Numbered from the stretch's first letter, positions 13,901-28,700 are shown. The stretch: DNA of 64,000 nucleotides from Vicugna vicugna (GCA_013265495.1 MU058017.1:124001-188000); one strand, 5' to 3'. Numbers and translations: made by a program. The notes: generated by a model not told the origin, from the letters alone.

Positions 13901-14129
13901 TTTTTTTTGTTTAGTTGATTCCATTTTCACTTTATGTGTTCTTTAAGTTCAGAATTTTTTAGACCAAAGAATTAATATAGGGACATACTCTAGATATAAT
14001 CAATCTAAAAACTTCCATCATGGATTTTTTTTTCAGTCCTTTCTTTATCTATGGAATATTATAATGTATGTGTTTCACTAAACATTTTATTATATTTATA
14101 TGTAAAAGATTCATAAATAGCATCACAAA

Positions 14130-15140
14130 CTTAAAATGTCTATTCAGGTCTTCTGCCCATTTTTAAATCAGGGTTTTGGTGGGTTGTTTTTTTTTTGATG
14201 CTGAGTTGTATGACTACTTTGTATAATCTGGCTATTAATCATTATTAGCTGTATCATTTGCACATATCTTCTCCATTCAGTAGGCAGTCTTTTGGGTTTT
14301 TTTTTTTTTTGAGTTTCCTTCATTGTGCACAAACTTTTTAGTCTGATGTAGTCCATTAGTTTATTTTTGCTTTTGTTTCCCTTACTTGAGGAGATATATC
14401 CAAAAAATATTGCTAAGACCAATGTCAAAAAGTATATTGCCTATATTTTCTTCTAGAAGTTTCAAAGTTTCAGGCCTTATATTTTAGAATTTAATCCATT
14501 TTGAGTTTATTTTTGTATATGGTGTATACTGTCTGGTTTGATTCTTTTGCAGGTAAATGTCCAGTTTTCTGTATAACATATATTGAAGAGGCTGTCTTTT
14601 CCCCATTGTATGTTTTTGCCTCCTTTGTCATAATAGATTCACTGACCATGTAAGTGTGGGTTCATTTCTGGACTCTCTCTTCTTTTCCATTTTTCTATGT
14701 GTTCATTTTTATGTAAATACCATACTACTTTTGATTACTGATTACTGTAGCTTTGTAATATAGTTTGTGTATTATTTTTCATCAGTGTCTTAAAGTTTTC
14801 TGAAGTACAGGTCATTTACTTCCTTAGTTAGATTTATTCCTAGGTATTTTATTTTTTGATACAATTATAAGTCAGATTATTTTCTGAATTTTTCTTTCTG
14901 ATAGTTCATTGTTAATGTACAGAAATGCAATGGGTTTCTGCATATTAATTTTTTTATCCTGCAACTTTGCCGAATTCATTGATGAGTTCTAATAGTTTTT
15001 GGTGACATTGTTAGTTCTTGGCGACATCCTTAGGACTTTCTATGTATAGTATCATGTTATCTGTAAACAACAATAGTTTTACTTCTTCCTTTCCAATTTG
15101 GATTCTTTTTATTTATTTTTCTTATCTGACTGCTGTGGCT
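14130..15140 (-). mobile_element. L1 ORF2 fragment with an internal deletion
   Basis: aaatgtctattcaggtcttctgccc...gaagaggctgtctttt...agttttacttcttcctttccaatttgga; ORF 14168-14428 is L1 ORF2-like (YIRLKSLCT). Confidence 0.9.
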
Positions 15141-18100
15141 AAATTTAAGTATACAATACAGCATTGTTAGCTATAGACACTATGCTCTATAATGGATTTC
15201 CAGAACTTATATATCTTGTATACCTGAAGTTTATACCCTTTGAACATCACCTCCCCATTTCCCATTTCCTAGCCCTTGGCAATTATTATTCTACTCTCTG
15301 TTTTTATGAGTTTTACTATTTTAGATTCCATATATAAATGAGATCACATAGTATTTGTCTTTATGTATCTGGCTTATTTCACTTAGCATAACGTCCTCCA
15401 GGTTTATCATGGTGGCAGGATTTCCTTCTTTTTAAGGCTGAATAATATTCCATTGTATACACATACCACATTTTCTTTATCCATTTATCCATCAATGGAC
15501 ATTTAGGTTGTTTTGATTTATCTTCAATATTGTGAATAATGCTACAATAAACATGGGAGTGCAAATATCTTTTTGAGATCCTGATTTCAACTTTTTGGAG
15601 AAATACCCAGAAGTGGGCCTCCTGAATCATAAGGTAGCTCTAATTTTTTTGAGGGATACTGTTTTTCATAATGGCTTTACAACTGCAGTATACAAGAGTT
15701 CCTTCTTCTTCATATCCTTGCCAACAATTGCTATCTTTTTCTCTTTTAATAACTGCCATCCTCCTAGGTGTGAGGTATACCTTGTTGTGATTTTGATTGT
15801 AGTTCTTTGATGATTACTGATTTTGAGCCCTTTTTCACACACTTGTTAGCCATTTATATATCTTCTTTTGAGAAATGTCTGTTCAGGGCCTTTGCCCATA
15901 TTTTAATCAGATTGTTTTGTTTTGTTTTGATAGTGAGTAGTAGAAGTTGCTTATATATTTTGGATATTAATTCTTTATCAGATGTGTGACTTGCAAATAT
16001 TTTCTCTCTTTTCATAGGTTGCTTTTTCATTTTGCTGAATGTTTCCTTTGCTGTCCAGAAGCTTTTTTGTTAGATGCAATCTGACTTGAATATTTTGTTT
16101 TTGTTACTGGTGTTTTTAGGGTCATATCCGAAAATAACTTGCTAAAACCTATTTAAATGAGCTTTTCCTCTATGTTTTGTTTTAAGAGTTTTATAGTTTT
16201 ACGTATTACATTGAAGTCTTCAATCCACTTTGAGTTGATTCTGGTGTGAGATATGGGTCCAATTTCATTCTTTTGCATGTGGTTATCCAGTTTTCCCAAC
16301 ACCATCTACATAGGAAGAGACTATCTTTTCTCCACTTTGTATTCTTGGTGCTGTTGTCAAAGATTAGATGACTGTACATGAGTAGGTTTATTTCTGAGTT
16401 CTCTATTCTGTTCCATTAGCCTACATGTCTCTTCTTATGTCGGTACCATACTGTTTTATTTATTAGAGATTTTAATGATTTGGAATTATGAAATATGATG
16501 CTAGTTAGCATTTTTCTTTTTGGAAGGATTGTTTGGCTATTCACAGACTTTGGTGGTTCCATACAAATTTTACTTTTTTTTTTTTCTATTTGGGGGGAAA
16601 ATACTTACCCAATTTTGGTAAGGATGACACTGAGTGGGTATATCTTTTGGGGTAGCATGGAAATTTTAATATTAGTTCTTTTAATCCTTATCTAATCCAC
16701 ATGAGTTATTATTTATTGTGTTTTATTCCATTTCTTTCATCAATATTTTATGCTTTCACTGTATAGATTTTTCACCTGCTTGGTTAAATTTCTCCCTAAG
16801 GATTTTATTCTTTTTGGTTCTATTGTAAACGAGACTTTTAAAAGAACTTTTTCAGATATTATGTTGTTTGTGTATAGAAACACAATTGATTTTTGTACGC
16901 TGATTTTATTTACTGCAAATTTCTTGAATTTTTAAATTAATTCTAAGAGTTTTTTTGGTGGAGTGTTTATGTTTTCTGTATATAGGATTTTGTCATCTGC
17001 AAATAGAGACAATTTTCCTTCTTCCTTTCCAATTTGGACACTTTTAATTTCTTTTTCTTGTCTAACTGCTCTGGCTAAAACTTTTGGTGCAATATTGAAT
17101 AGAAGTAGTGACAGTGTGCATTCATGTCTTGTCTCTGATCTTAAAAAAAAGGCTTTCAGCTTTTCACCACTGACTATAATGTTAGTTATGGACTTGTTTT
17201 ATATGGCTTTCATTAATTTGAAATACAGTCCTTCTACACCTAATTTGTTGAAAGTTTATCATAAAAAGGTGTTGAATTTTGTCAAATGCTATTTCCACTG
17301 ATGATCACAGGATTTTTATCTTTCATTCTTTTATGGAATATATTACATTGATTGGTTTGAGTATTTTGAACAATCCTCACATCTCAGGGATGAATCCCAC
17401 TGATCAGTGTTGATCCTTTTAATGTGCTGTTGAATTTGTTAGCTAGTATTTTGTTGAGAATTTTTGCATCTATGTTTATCCGAGAGACTGATTTGTAGTT
17501 TTTGTTTCTTGTGGTGTAGTTGTTGAGCTTTGGTACCAGGGTAATCCTGGTCTCATAAAATTAGTTTGAAAGTGTTCCCTCTTCAATTTTTTGGAAGAAT
17601 TTGAGAAGGACTGGCATTAATTATTTTTTAAATAGTTTATATAATTCACCTGTGAAGCCATTTAGTCCTGGGCTTTTCCTTATTGGGAAGCTTTTGATTA
17701 TTAATTCAACCTGCTTACTCATTATTGGTCTGTTCAATTTTACTATTTATTCATGATTCAACCTTGATAGTTTGCATAGCTCTTCACATCCTTAAAGCCT
17801 TGTATTGCTGCCTTCACACTGGAAGAAGCAGTCACCTCATACAGTCTTAACTGAGTAACTTCAAGAGAGAAAGGCTTTTCACCACTCAGCCTGGATAGAG
17901 TCTAGTGGTCTTTAAAAACTTTTCTGATGGTACAACTGTTCTACTCCTCTTATTCCTCTGAGGAAAGATTTAATATTGTGTGCCTTCTCCCAATCCTGAA
18001 AAGCCAAGTTTAGTACAGAGAGCCTCTTGTTTATTTTCCCAGGGCAGGGAAGTGCCCAGAACAAGTTGTTTGCCATCTCCCAATCTAGCAGAGCTAAGCC

Positions 18101-18770
18101 AGCTGCTGATGCCTGCGTGGTATTTGTGGAAACTCCCAGAAGATCTGTGGAGGTCCTCATGTGCCATCTGATGATGTTCCTGTGTGCTCAGTATGCAGGA
18201 GAATGCAGGTTTCTGGCTACAGAGGGGCACATATACAGTGGTGGGTGTGCATATCAGCTCCCTATTAGGGCTACAGATGAGGGGTCCTACAAGGCTCTAG
18301 GTGGGGCTCTTGGTGGAGACCTTGAGCAGATTATAGGATCTGTGGCCTATTGTTAAGATCCACTGGATACTGTAAACCCTATCCTTTTCTCTTTTCCTAG
18401 CCATCCATAGATTTCTTAGCCATGCCAATCCCTTCTGGGTAGAGTTAGATATAAGTGAGTCTCATGGGCAACATCCTACAAGGCTGGAGAAGCTGGGTGC
18501 ACGTTTTGTTCTCACTATTCCCCCTGGGAGAAATAAAGGACTGAAGCATTCTCTCTTGGTCCTGAGCTGTGCTCCTTGGGAGTAGGGTGACACGAATAAA
18601 GTAAAATTGTTTCTCAATGCATCTATTTTCAGATTTTATAATCCGCAAAGGTGCTATACCCCCAGTTTCCCATAAAAGTGTTGTCATCTCAGAGTGGTTG
18701 TTAAAATTAATGTTTCTATGGGAGGTATGAGTGCTGGAAATTCCTATATCTCCATTTTGCTGGCATCACT
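15141..18770 (-). mobile_element. L1MA9-like element: 3' UTR and ORF2 (15141-~17780) joined to 5' UTR (~17780-18770); ORF1/EN region deleted
   Basis: 3' end tatacaatacagcattgttagctatag...ccagaacttat; ORF2 C-terminus KQPKCPLMDKWIKKMWYVYTMEYYSALK; 5' end reads agtgatgccagcaaaatggag on the minus strand. Confidence 0.8.
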
Positions 18771-18784
18771 ATTATTATAATGGA

Positions 18785-18950
18785 TTATAATTTTATTTTA
18801 AATGAGTTAACCTATTTTTTTTTAATTTTGTGTTTTAATTTATAGTATACACATATCAGTAGATATAAGCTACTTAACAAAATAACTTCAGGGTCTTCAA
18901 TAATTTTTAAAACTGTAAGAGATCCTGAAATCAAAAAGTTTGAGAGCAAG
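18785..18950 (+). mobile_element. hAT-Charlie (Charlie1-like) terminal fragment
   Basis: tagatataagc...gggtcttcaataatttttaa...tcctgaaatcaaaaagtttgaga. Confidence 0.65.
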
Positions 18951-19025
18951 TCATCTCATATAGAATACCCATCACTCAGGTAAAAACTAATAATAATCCC
19001 ATAATATCATTAAATATTCCAGTTA

Positions 19026-21040
19026 GAAATTAGAAGGGAAGAAGTAAAACTGTTACTATTTGCAGATGACATGATACTATATATAGAAAACCCTTAAGTC
19101 TCCACCAGAAAACTATGAGAACTAATAAATGAATTCAGCAAACTTGCAGGCTATAAGAGTAATATACAGAAATTTATAGCTTTTTAATACACTAATAATA
19201 AACTATCAGATAGAAAAAGCAAGCACACTTTTGTTTATACCTAGGAATAAACTTAAGCTAATCTAAAAACTATAAAATACTGATGAAGGAAACTGAAGAT
19301 GATATAAATAAATGTAAAGATATACCTTATGTTCACAGATTGGAAGAATTAATGTTGTTTAAATGTCCATACTATCCAAAGCAATCTACAGAGTTAATGT
19401 AATCCTCATCAAATATCAAGGACATTTTTCACCAAGCTATAACAGATAATCCTAAAATTTATATGGAAACTCAAAAGTCCACAAATTGCCAAAGCAATCT
19501 TGAGAAAAAAGAACAAAGATGGAGGTATCATATGCCCTGACTTCAGACTATACTACAAAGTAATCAAAACAGCTTGATACTGGCATGAAAACAGACACAC
19601 AGATCAATGGAACAGACTAGAGGACCTAGGAATAAACCAACACACTCATGGTCAATTAATATATGACAAATGAGGCAAGAATACACAATGAAAAAGACAG
19701 TCTCTTTAGTAACTGGTGCTATGAAAAGTGGATAGTTACATATAGAAGAATGAGATTAGAACATTTTATCACACCATATATAAAAATAACTCAAAATGGA
19801 TTAAAGACTTAAATGTAAGACCAGGAAGCATAAAACACCTAGAAGAAAACAAAGAGAGAACATTCTTTGACATAAATTGTAATAGTATGTTTTTCCATCT
19901 GTCTTCTAAGGCAAAGAGAAAAAAAGCAAAAAAAAAAAAAACAAATATAATCTAGTTAAACTTAAAAGCTTTTGTACAGCAAAGGAAACCACCAACAAAA
20001 CAAAAAGAGAACATACTGAATGGGAGAAAATATTCACAAATGATGACTGATAAGGAGTAAATATCCAAAATATATAAACAGCTTATAACTCAATATTGAA
20101 AAACAAACAACCTGACAAAAAAAAAAAAGGTAGAAGACTTGAACAGACATGTTTCCATAGAAAAGATACATATGGCCCAATGGAAACATGAAAACATGCT
20201 CAACATCACTAATCATCACAGAAATGTAAATCAGAACCACAATGAGATGTCACCTCACAGCTTTCTGGATGCCTATCATCATAAAGTCTACAAATTACAA
20301 GTATTGGTGAGGACGTAGAACAAAAGGAATCCTAGTACACTGCTGGTAGGAATGTAATTTGGGGCTGCCACTAAGGAAAAGAGTATGGAGGTTCCTCAGA
20401 AAGCTAAAAATAGAACCACTATATAATTCAACAATTCAACTCCTGGATATATATCTGAAAAAAACACATTAATTTGAAAAGATACATGCACCCCAATGTT
20501 CATAGCAGTATTATTTATGATAGCCAAGATATGGAAGCAACCTAAGTATCAATCAACAATGAATAGATAAAGAAGATATGGTATATACAATGGAATATTA
20601 ATCTTAAAAAAGATTGAAATTTTGTCATTCACACAATATGGATGGACCTGGAGGATATTATGCTTAGTGAAATAAGTCAGACAGAGAAAGACAAATACTG
20701 TACGATACCACTTATATATGGTATCTAAAAATACAGCAAACTATTGAACAGAACAAAAGAGGAAACAGATTCATAAATATTAGAGAACAAACTAGTGATT
20801 ACCAGTGGGGAGCAGGAAGGAGGAAAGGGGCATGGGCATGGTAAGGGCAGGGGATTAAGAGGTACAAACTAATATGTATAAAATAAGTAAGCTACAAGGA
20901 TATGTTGTACAGCACGGAGAATATAGCCAATATTTTATAATGACTTTAAATAGATTATAATCTATAAAAATATTTCATCACTATGTTGTACACCTGAAAT
21001 GAATACACTGTACATCAAGAATACTTCAATTATTAAAAAA
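19026..21040 (+). mobile_element. 5'-truncated L1 (cetartiodactyl type), RT domain to poly(A)
   Basis: Begins at EEVKLLLFADDMILY (tttgcagatgacatgata); 3' UTR ggatatgttgtacagcacggagaatatagcc...atacttcaattattaaaaaa. Confidence 0.92.
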
Positions 21041-21500
21041 ACACTCTAGACAGTATTCAAATTTCCCCAATTACTATTTTTCTGCTTAAATCAGAATCTA
21101 AATTAGGTCTAAATGTCACAATATAAGTTTCTTCAGATCTATAAATTTCCCAATTTTTTTTCAGTTTATTTTTTGAAAAGAGGTTTTTTTTTTGTACAGT
21201 TTTTGCAGTTTAGATTCAGTTAATTGCACCCCCATGGTATAATTTAACATGTTCCTCTACACCATATATTTTTTGTCTAATATTTAGTTGTAGAAGCATG
21301 AGTACATTCAAATTGAATTTTTTTGGCAAAACATCTCATAGGTATTGCAATGTAAAGTTTTTTTTATGATATTACTAGTCATTGGTGATCATTATCTAGA
21401 TCTGTTAATTTGCTAGAGGTTGCAAAATGGTGATATAAAAACTCTGTTATTCCTTCTTTGGTTAGTAAATGGAGCACTTCCACAAAAATAAAGTTTTCCT
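21041..21500 (-). mobile_element. L1MC4/5-like 3' UTR fragment (its other part is at ~18960-19025)
   Basis: gtattcaaatttcccca...aatcagaatc...tttaacatgttcctct...ggttgcaaaatggtgata. Confidence 0.6.
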
Positions 21501-22268
21501 CTTTATTTCCAAAAGGAATCCAGAATAATTGCAGGAAACTTGCTAATTCTATTTGGTCTCTCATAGGCCCTCTTTGATCCATGGCTAAAAGAGAACATTT
21601 GTGATAGAAGTGGAGGATAATTCTCACAGCTACAGTCAGTTAAAACCAGTGCTGATGAACTTAACTCTCCTCTTCAGTTCAGTGATAGCAAAGTTGACTC
21701 CTGCCTCTGTGGTGGAAGGTAAGACAGGCAGGAGACCACAGAAAGAAACATCCTCTCACCAAAACATATGTGAAATGTTTTAAACTTAACACACTCTCAG
21801 AAAATCTATAAATTAAAAATCATGGTTTATTTGTACTTATGATTTCATTTTGTTGAAAGCTCTCTTTGTCCCTTAGGCACACAACTGAAAATCTGACATT
21901 ACTTCTGTTGGTGTATATCATAATGAATTTTTTAAATTATTCTTTATAAAACCAGCAATTTCTCTGCCAGATCAGAAGAAGACTATTAACTTTTAAGAGA
22001 CTGTTTAGCCCAAAAGCAGCAGAGTAAAAGTGAAATATCCTCAGAGCAGTAGATGCTGTTGGGGTTTCCTGCAAGACACTGGCTCATGTGACCCACACTA
22101 TCAAGCTCTGTCTGGTTGCACATTGCCCACATACCAGTGTACATTCTTCACACAGATGAAGTGTATTTTTCTTTCACTCAGCATAAATTGTCAGCATAAA
22201 CCCAAGGCAGCAGTATATATGTTATCAAAATTCTTCATTTCTTGGGAATAAACAACCAAGTATGAAAC

Positions 22269-22272
<4 letters not shown>

Positions 22273-22299
<27 letters not shown>
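22273..22299. repeat. Poly(T)27
   Basis: Direct read. Confidence 0.95.
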
Positions 22300-22304
<5 letters not shown>

Positions 22305-22909
22305 TTCAAAGAAGCTTAGCGGATATGTGAACTGTCATGATTCAAGGGGCACAGCATGTCAGGTTTATTCAAAAGCTGGTTGAGAATATTTGGTGGATTG
22401 ATTCAGAAAAAGAGACTGAGGATGTATACTTCAGAGTAGATTGAGCATGCTTGTCACTAATTCATATCTGTGCATCTTTTTCTCCAATTCCAAAAAGGTG
22501 AACAAAACAATCCAAAGGGATAGCACAAAACATTAATTCAAAATGATAAACTTTAGCTCTTTAATTCTAAACATTCTGATTAGAAATGAAAGGATTTCAG
22601 ACTACAAAGAAAATGGCCCCCCCCCCAAAAAAACAAACAAAAAAAAGAAAATGGCCCATGTGGCTGAGACAGTCAAGACATTAACATTTGAAATATCGAC
22701 ACTCAAGTGTTTCATTTCATAAATTTCTGATGCTAAGAATGACTTAGGTTGTACTTTATAAGTTATAAATAATTTTTATACACATTTTCTTAGTGAAAAC
22801 TCACAAAATCCCCATGAACTTACTGTCGCCAAGGCCCATGCTCTTTCATTCAATCCCCACCAAGGTTCTATTTTTTGCTGTTGTTCTTTAAGTATTTTAA
22901 GTATATAAT

Positions 22910-23021
22910 CTCCTTGGTCTTGGATTTCCCAGACTTCAGAACTGTGAGAAATAAATATCTGTTGTTTGTAATCTACCCAGTCTGTGGCATCTTGTTATAG
23001 CAGCCTGAATAGACTAAGACA
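22910..23021 (+). mobile_element. MaLR LTR 3' fragment (MLT1A-like)
   Basis: cagaactgtgagaaataaa...cccagtctgtggcatcttgttatagcagcctgaatagactaagaca. Confidence 0.85.
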
Positions 23022-23169
23022 TTGGGTAATGAGAAAAATGGCATCGCCGACAGAAAAACAGATGTTAGACTAAGATTTTTTCCACATACAAAACTATACA
23101 TATTTTCATTTGAAGTCCTCTTCATTTAAAATTCAATTAATTAAAAATGATTCCTATAATCTAATCTTC

Positions 23170-24135
23170 ACTAAATCTCACATAGCCCAACTACATGATT
23201 GACATTCTTACCTGGATATCTTATAGGCATATCAATTTTATAATTCTGCTTAAGAGAGGCCTTAACTTCCACTCCCTGACAATTCTTCTTTTCTGAATCT
23301 TCTTCATCTCAGTAAATGGCATCCCTGTACCCAACTGCTCAGGTGAAAAATCTAGGGTCATTCTTGATTCTTCTATTTCCTTCACCCCACTACCATCACT
23401 ACTACCACCTAAATCCATCAACAAATACTTTTGGCTATAACTGAAAAATATATTCCATTTCTGTTTACTTCTTTTTGTTTATACTTGTTCAGCCTGATCT
23501 AAGTCAATGTTATTCCAACTTTCATGACTGCAAAAATCTCCCAGCTGGTTGTTTCTCTTCTACTCATGCTCCTCTATAATCCACACCAAAACTAGAGTAA
23601 AACTATCTTTAAAAACATGAAAGATTTTTTTTTTCAAACTCTCATATCAAACTCTTCAGTAGATTCGTATTGAATTTTTAATAAAATCTAAATGACCCAT
23701 TAGGTCTCAAATGGTCTGACACTGCCCTTATTTTTGACTTCTCCCTCTTTTACCCCCTCACTGTCTATGCTTGTAGCACATTACCCTACTAGAATGGGCC
23801 AAAATCTTTCCCTCCTTGGGGGCTTTGCTTCTAGATCTCTGCATATCTGGCCCCTTCAAGACTCAGTCTCAGCTCAAATGGCACCTCCCCAACTGACATT
23901 CACTTATAACTAGTCGTTTCCCCCCATCCTAGCCCATTACTTTCTATTACAACATTTTATTTCTATTTATTTCATAGCATGCATAACTAATTTAATGTGT
24001 TTGGTTATTTGTCTGTTTCTGCCTCCTTACCCCAATGTCATCCCATGAAGTAGGGGATCTAGTCTGGTTCACTCCTCTATGCCTTAAGTTGTGCCTATAA
24101 TACACTCAGTTCTCATTGAATGTTTGTTAAATGCG
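23170..24135 (+). mobile_element. L2a-like 3' region
   Basis: catctcagtaaatggca...ctgctcagg..aaaaatctagggtcattcttgattc...tctcagctcaaatg...tctggttcact...tgaatgtttgttaaatg. Confidence 0.85.
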
Positions 24136-24974
24136 TAAAAGAGCAAAATCTCTCTTGTTTGTGTATATCAATATAATTCTGGCTATACAGAATCCCCATT
24201 TTGTGCTAGGCATGAAGATGGGAAAATATGAGGGGAAATGTACATTTTTCTGTAAGGATTGCTAAAGATCCAGACTTGCATAATGGAAAACTTAATACCA
24301 CAAAGGAAAACAAAAAAGGGTGAATAAATAGTAAGAAATATTTGGAGATATTTGTGGAGAGTTATATCCTCATTTCACAGGCTCTGAGTGTATCCATTGT
24401 CAGAAGAAGCCCATGCCACAGCCTGGCTGCTGTGCTACTGCTTCCAACAGAACGAGGAGAAAACCGGGCTTGTGGTCTAATATAGCAGGACTGATGGTTT
24501 AAGAGGCAGTAGGATTAATGCTTCCCATTATGACAGGGCTTCTCACCCTCAGATCCCAGAGGGCAGAGACCAAGGACCACATAACCACCAAGGCCAATGC
24601 TCTGACTTCTGGAGAATATTCAGGCCCCAGAGCGAGTAATGAGTTAGGCCTGGCAGACTGCATGTTACCCTGAGATGAGATGAAGAGAAACAGAGCAGGG
24701 ATGGATCAGTGCCCATGGGAAAAGAAGAGTATCCGCTCTCACACAAACTATTGTGCCCTCCATAGCTGGGTTCAACAGAAACGTGGCAGCAAGGGAACTG
24801 AAGGAAACAAGAAAACAGCAGACAATCCCCTCCTCTCCCATTCTTTAACTTTCCAGTGAGGAAATAAAATGCTGCTACCAGATGTACCATGTAATGACAT
24901 TAATTATCTCGTTCTGCCATTATCAAGAGAGAATCAATTCATATTATTATTAGCATGAGACCGCTTAGGAAAAA

Positions 24975-25175
24975 GTAGCACATTGTAGTGATTATTAATT
25001 TAAACTCCAGATCCCATGCAAACCTGGACTCAAATGGTTTTATCATTTAGAGTCATGACACCTTTTATAATGGAGATACATTACTAACACTGTGTAAGAT
25101 TGTGTCAGGAAAACAGATGATTCAAGTGAAAAGTTTAATTCAGCCCCTGGAACATAGAACTTTCAATAAATAATA
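24975..25175 (+). mobile_element. MIR SINE (degenerate)
   Basis: gcacattgtagtgatta...ataatggagata...tgtgtaagatt...cctggaacatagaactttcaataaa. Confidence 0.55.
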
Positions 25176-25469
25176 AAATATAAATAAAATATGAAACTAC
25201 TATTATGCTATCTAATCTTTTTTCTCCCAATGGACAAAGCAAGCAGCCTAAATAACCATACACTTTCTCTACAAAGAGAGTCTATTGGGTATTTTGAATT
25301 TAAAAGAAACTGAGGAACTAGAAAAAGTAACTGTTCAGTATTTAAAATATGTGTAGGTCTAGAAATGCCCCCAACGTCAAGAATGAGCTGCAGAATTTAA
25401 TTACTAAGAACAATAACCAGTTATCAAATAAAGAATAAGTAATATAATTTTAGAATTAAAATAGAAACT

Positions 25470-25715
25470 TTTATCCTAATGCAATGTACTATTACTTTCC
25501 ACTCACCAGTTTGAAAAGGAATAAAATGTTGAATGTTGATGACATTTAGTAATAATAGTGTATAAAGAAACAGGTACCCTTGTACACTGCTGTTGAAAAC
25601 ATAAATAAATATAAATTCTCTGGAGGACAATTTCTCAATATGTGCCAAACACTTTAAAAATGTTTCCTCTTTGATCCAGTAATCCCATTTCTAGGAGTTT
25701 ATCTTAAGAAAGTAA
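25470..25715 (+). mobile_element. Old L1 (L1ME-like) ORF2 C-terminal fragment
   Basis: gtacactgctgttg...tggaggacaattt...tttgatccagtaatcccatttctaggagtttatc. Confidence 0.7.
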
Positions 25716-28700
25716 CAGAGATGGCAGAGTAGGAAGATATCTGGGTTCACCTCTTCCCATGGGCACATCAAAATTACAGCTATTTATAGAGCAACTATCA
25801 ATGAGAACAACCTAGCAGAAGACTAGCAGAAGAGATCTTCTACAACTGAAGATATAAAAAAGTATCACAATGAGATAAGTAGGCAGGGCAGAGACATGGT
25901 ATAGTCAAGACCCATACTCCCAGGTAGGCAACCCACAAACAGGAGAACAACCATTTACAGAAGTGCTTCCCTAGGAGTGAGGGCTCTGAGTCCCCACATC
26001 GGGCTCTCCAGTCTAGAGGACCTGCACCAAGAAGACGAAGCCCCAGAAGGTTTGGATTTGAATGCCAGTGGGACTTACTTTTCCAGGGGGCTGTGGGAAA
26101 TGTAGACTCCACTCTTAAAGGACTCACACAAACTCTCACATACTCTGAGACCCAGGGCAGAAGCAGTAATTCAAAAGGAGCCTGGCTCAGACATACTTGC
26201 TGATCTTTGAGAGCCTCTCTTAGAGGCAGAAGGAAACTGGGACTCACACAGGGAACATAAACGCTGGCAACAGCCATTTTGGGGAGCTCATCTTACCACA
26301 AGGACACTGATGCTTACAAATGCCATTCTGTAATACTCACTTCTAGTATATAAGCACTACGACCCAGCCCCACCCACCAGTCAGCACCTTGGGGGAGACC
26401 TAAGCAGTCACTTGGGTGGGGACACAGCCACACTCACCTGCAGGTGGCTGCCACAGGACTCTTTGAGCACCCTGTCACCCCAAGACCTGACCCTACCCAC
26501 CAGATGGACCAGTATCTGGCTCCATACACCAGTGGGATGGCACCAGCTTTGGGGTGCCCCAAATCCCTCAGCAAGCAATGCCAGGAACCAGTCCCACCAG
26601 TCAGCAGGTTGACATCAGCCTGAGGACGCTGTTACATCATGGCCCCACTAACCAGCAGGCCAACACTAACTCCAGAACTCCAGGCCCCATAACCTGTGCC
26701 ATGGGATTGTGCTTTGCCCACTAGAGGGTCAGCAAGAGCCCTGAGACTACCCAGGGCTCTGTATCCAGCCGACTCAGGACATGGCCCTGTCTACCAGGGC
26801 CCTGCACCAGGAATGGGATTCCTCTGGTCATACAGCCAGACATGCCAGGACCTGGTCCCATCCACCAGCTGAATCAGGGGCCAGCCACTCCTACCATAGC
26901 ATACACAAAGTCAGCTCACTACAACAGAAGGACCCATGCAGTCCACATAGAGGGCAACCTGAGAGCATATAACTCTGGTGACCAAAGGGAAGTGCACTTC
27001 TGGGCCCCATAGGCTGTCTCCTATATGTGGCCATATCTCCAAGATCAGGAAATGTAACCAGTCTACCTATACATAGAAACAAAAGTGAATAGGGCAAAGT
27101 GAGGCAACATAGGAGTATGTTCCAAATGATGGGACCAGATAAAACCCCAGAAGGACTAAGTTAAGTGGAGATAATCAATCTACCTGATAAAGAGTTCAAA
27201 GTACGGATCATAAAGATGCTCAAATAACTAAGGGGAAGAATGGATGAACACAGTGACTCTGTGAAGAGTTAGAAAATATAAAGAATCAAAGAGTGCTTAA
27301 AATTACAATAACTGAAATAAAAAATTTATAAGAAGTAATCAACAATAGATAAGGTGATACAAAGGAACAGATCAGTGTACTGGAAGACAGAGTAGTTCAC
27401 CTAAGCTGAACAGAAAAAAAGAAAAATTTTTTTAAATGAGGAACATTTAAGAGACCTCTGGGACAACATCAAGTGTACCAACATTCACACTAAAAGGGCT
27501 CAAAGGAAAAGAGAGAAATAAAAGGGGCAGAGAATATATTTGAAGACATAGTAGCCGAAAACTTCCCCAACTTGGGAAAGGAAACAGACATCCAGGTCCA
27601 GGAAACACAGAGAGTCCCAAACAGGATCAACTCGAAGAAGACCATAAGACACACTGTAAATAAAATTGGAAAAAAATAAAGAAAGAGAATGTTAGAAGCT
27701 GCAAGGGGAATGCAACAAGTTATGTACAAGAGAACCTTCCCATAAGACTCAGCTGACTTTTCAGCAGAAACTGTGCAAGCAAGAAAGTAGTGGTACAGTA
27801 TATTTAAAGTGATGAAAGAGAAAAACCTACAACCAAGAATACTCTACCCAGCAAGGTTATCACTCAGATTTGAAGGAGAAATCTAAAGTTTTACAGACAA
27901 ACAAGAGCTACAAGAGTTAAGCACCACTAAAGCAGCTTTACTAGAAATGTTAAAGCTTTTGAAAACTTCAACATCCATTTATAATATAATCACTTCACAA
28001 AGTGAGTATAGAGGGAACATACCTCAGCATAATAAAAGTCATATAAGACAAGCCCACAGCTAACATCATACTCAATGGTGAAAAGCTGGAAGCATTTCCT
28101 CTACAATCAGGAACTAGACAAGGATACTACCTCCTGTCACTTCTATTCAACATAGTTTTGGAAGTCCTAACCAAAGCAATCAGATAAGAAAAAGAAATAA
28201 AAGGAATACAAATTGGAAAGAAAGAAGTAAAACTGTTACTGTTTGTACATAACATTATATTACAAATAAAAAAAAAAACCTCAAGACACCACCAAAAAAA
28301 ATTCATTCTTAAATGAATTTGGTGAAGTTGCAGGATACAAAATTAATATACAGAAATCTGTTGCATTTCTATACACTAACAATGAAGTATCACAAAGAGA
28401 AATTAGGAAAACAACACCATTTATCATCACATCAAAAATAATAAAATACCTATGAATACATCTAACTAAGGAGGCAAAAGACCTGTACTCAGAAAACTGT
28501 AAAACACTGATGAAAGAAATTGAAGACTGCACAAACAGATGGAAAGATATGCCGTGTTCAAGGATTAGAAGAATGAATATTGTTAAGGTGACTGCACTAC
28601 ACAAGGCAATCTACAAATTCACTGCAGTCCTTACCAAAATATCAACAGCATTTTTCACAGAAGTAGAAAAAATAATCCTAAAATATTTATGAAAACCCAA

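Noticed and set aside
14130..21040. Twin-priming inversion linking the minus L1 (14130-15140) and the plus L1 (19026-21040)
   Set aside because: They cover overlapping ORF2 coordinates and are separated by unrelated elements, so they are independent insertions.
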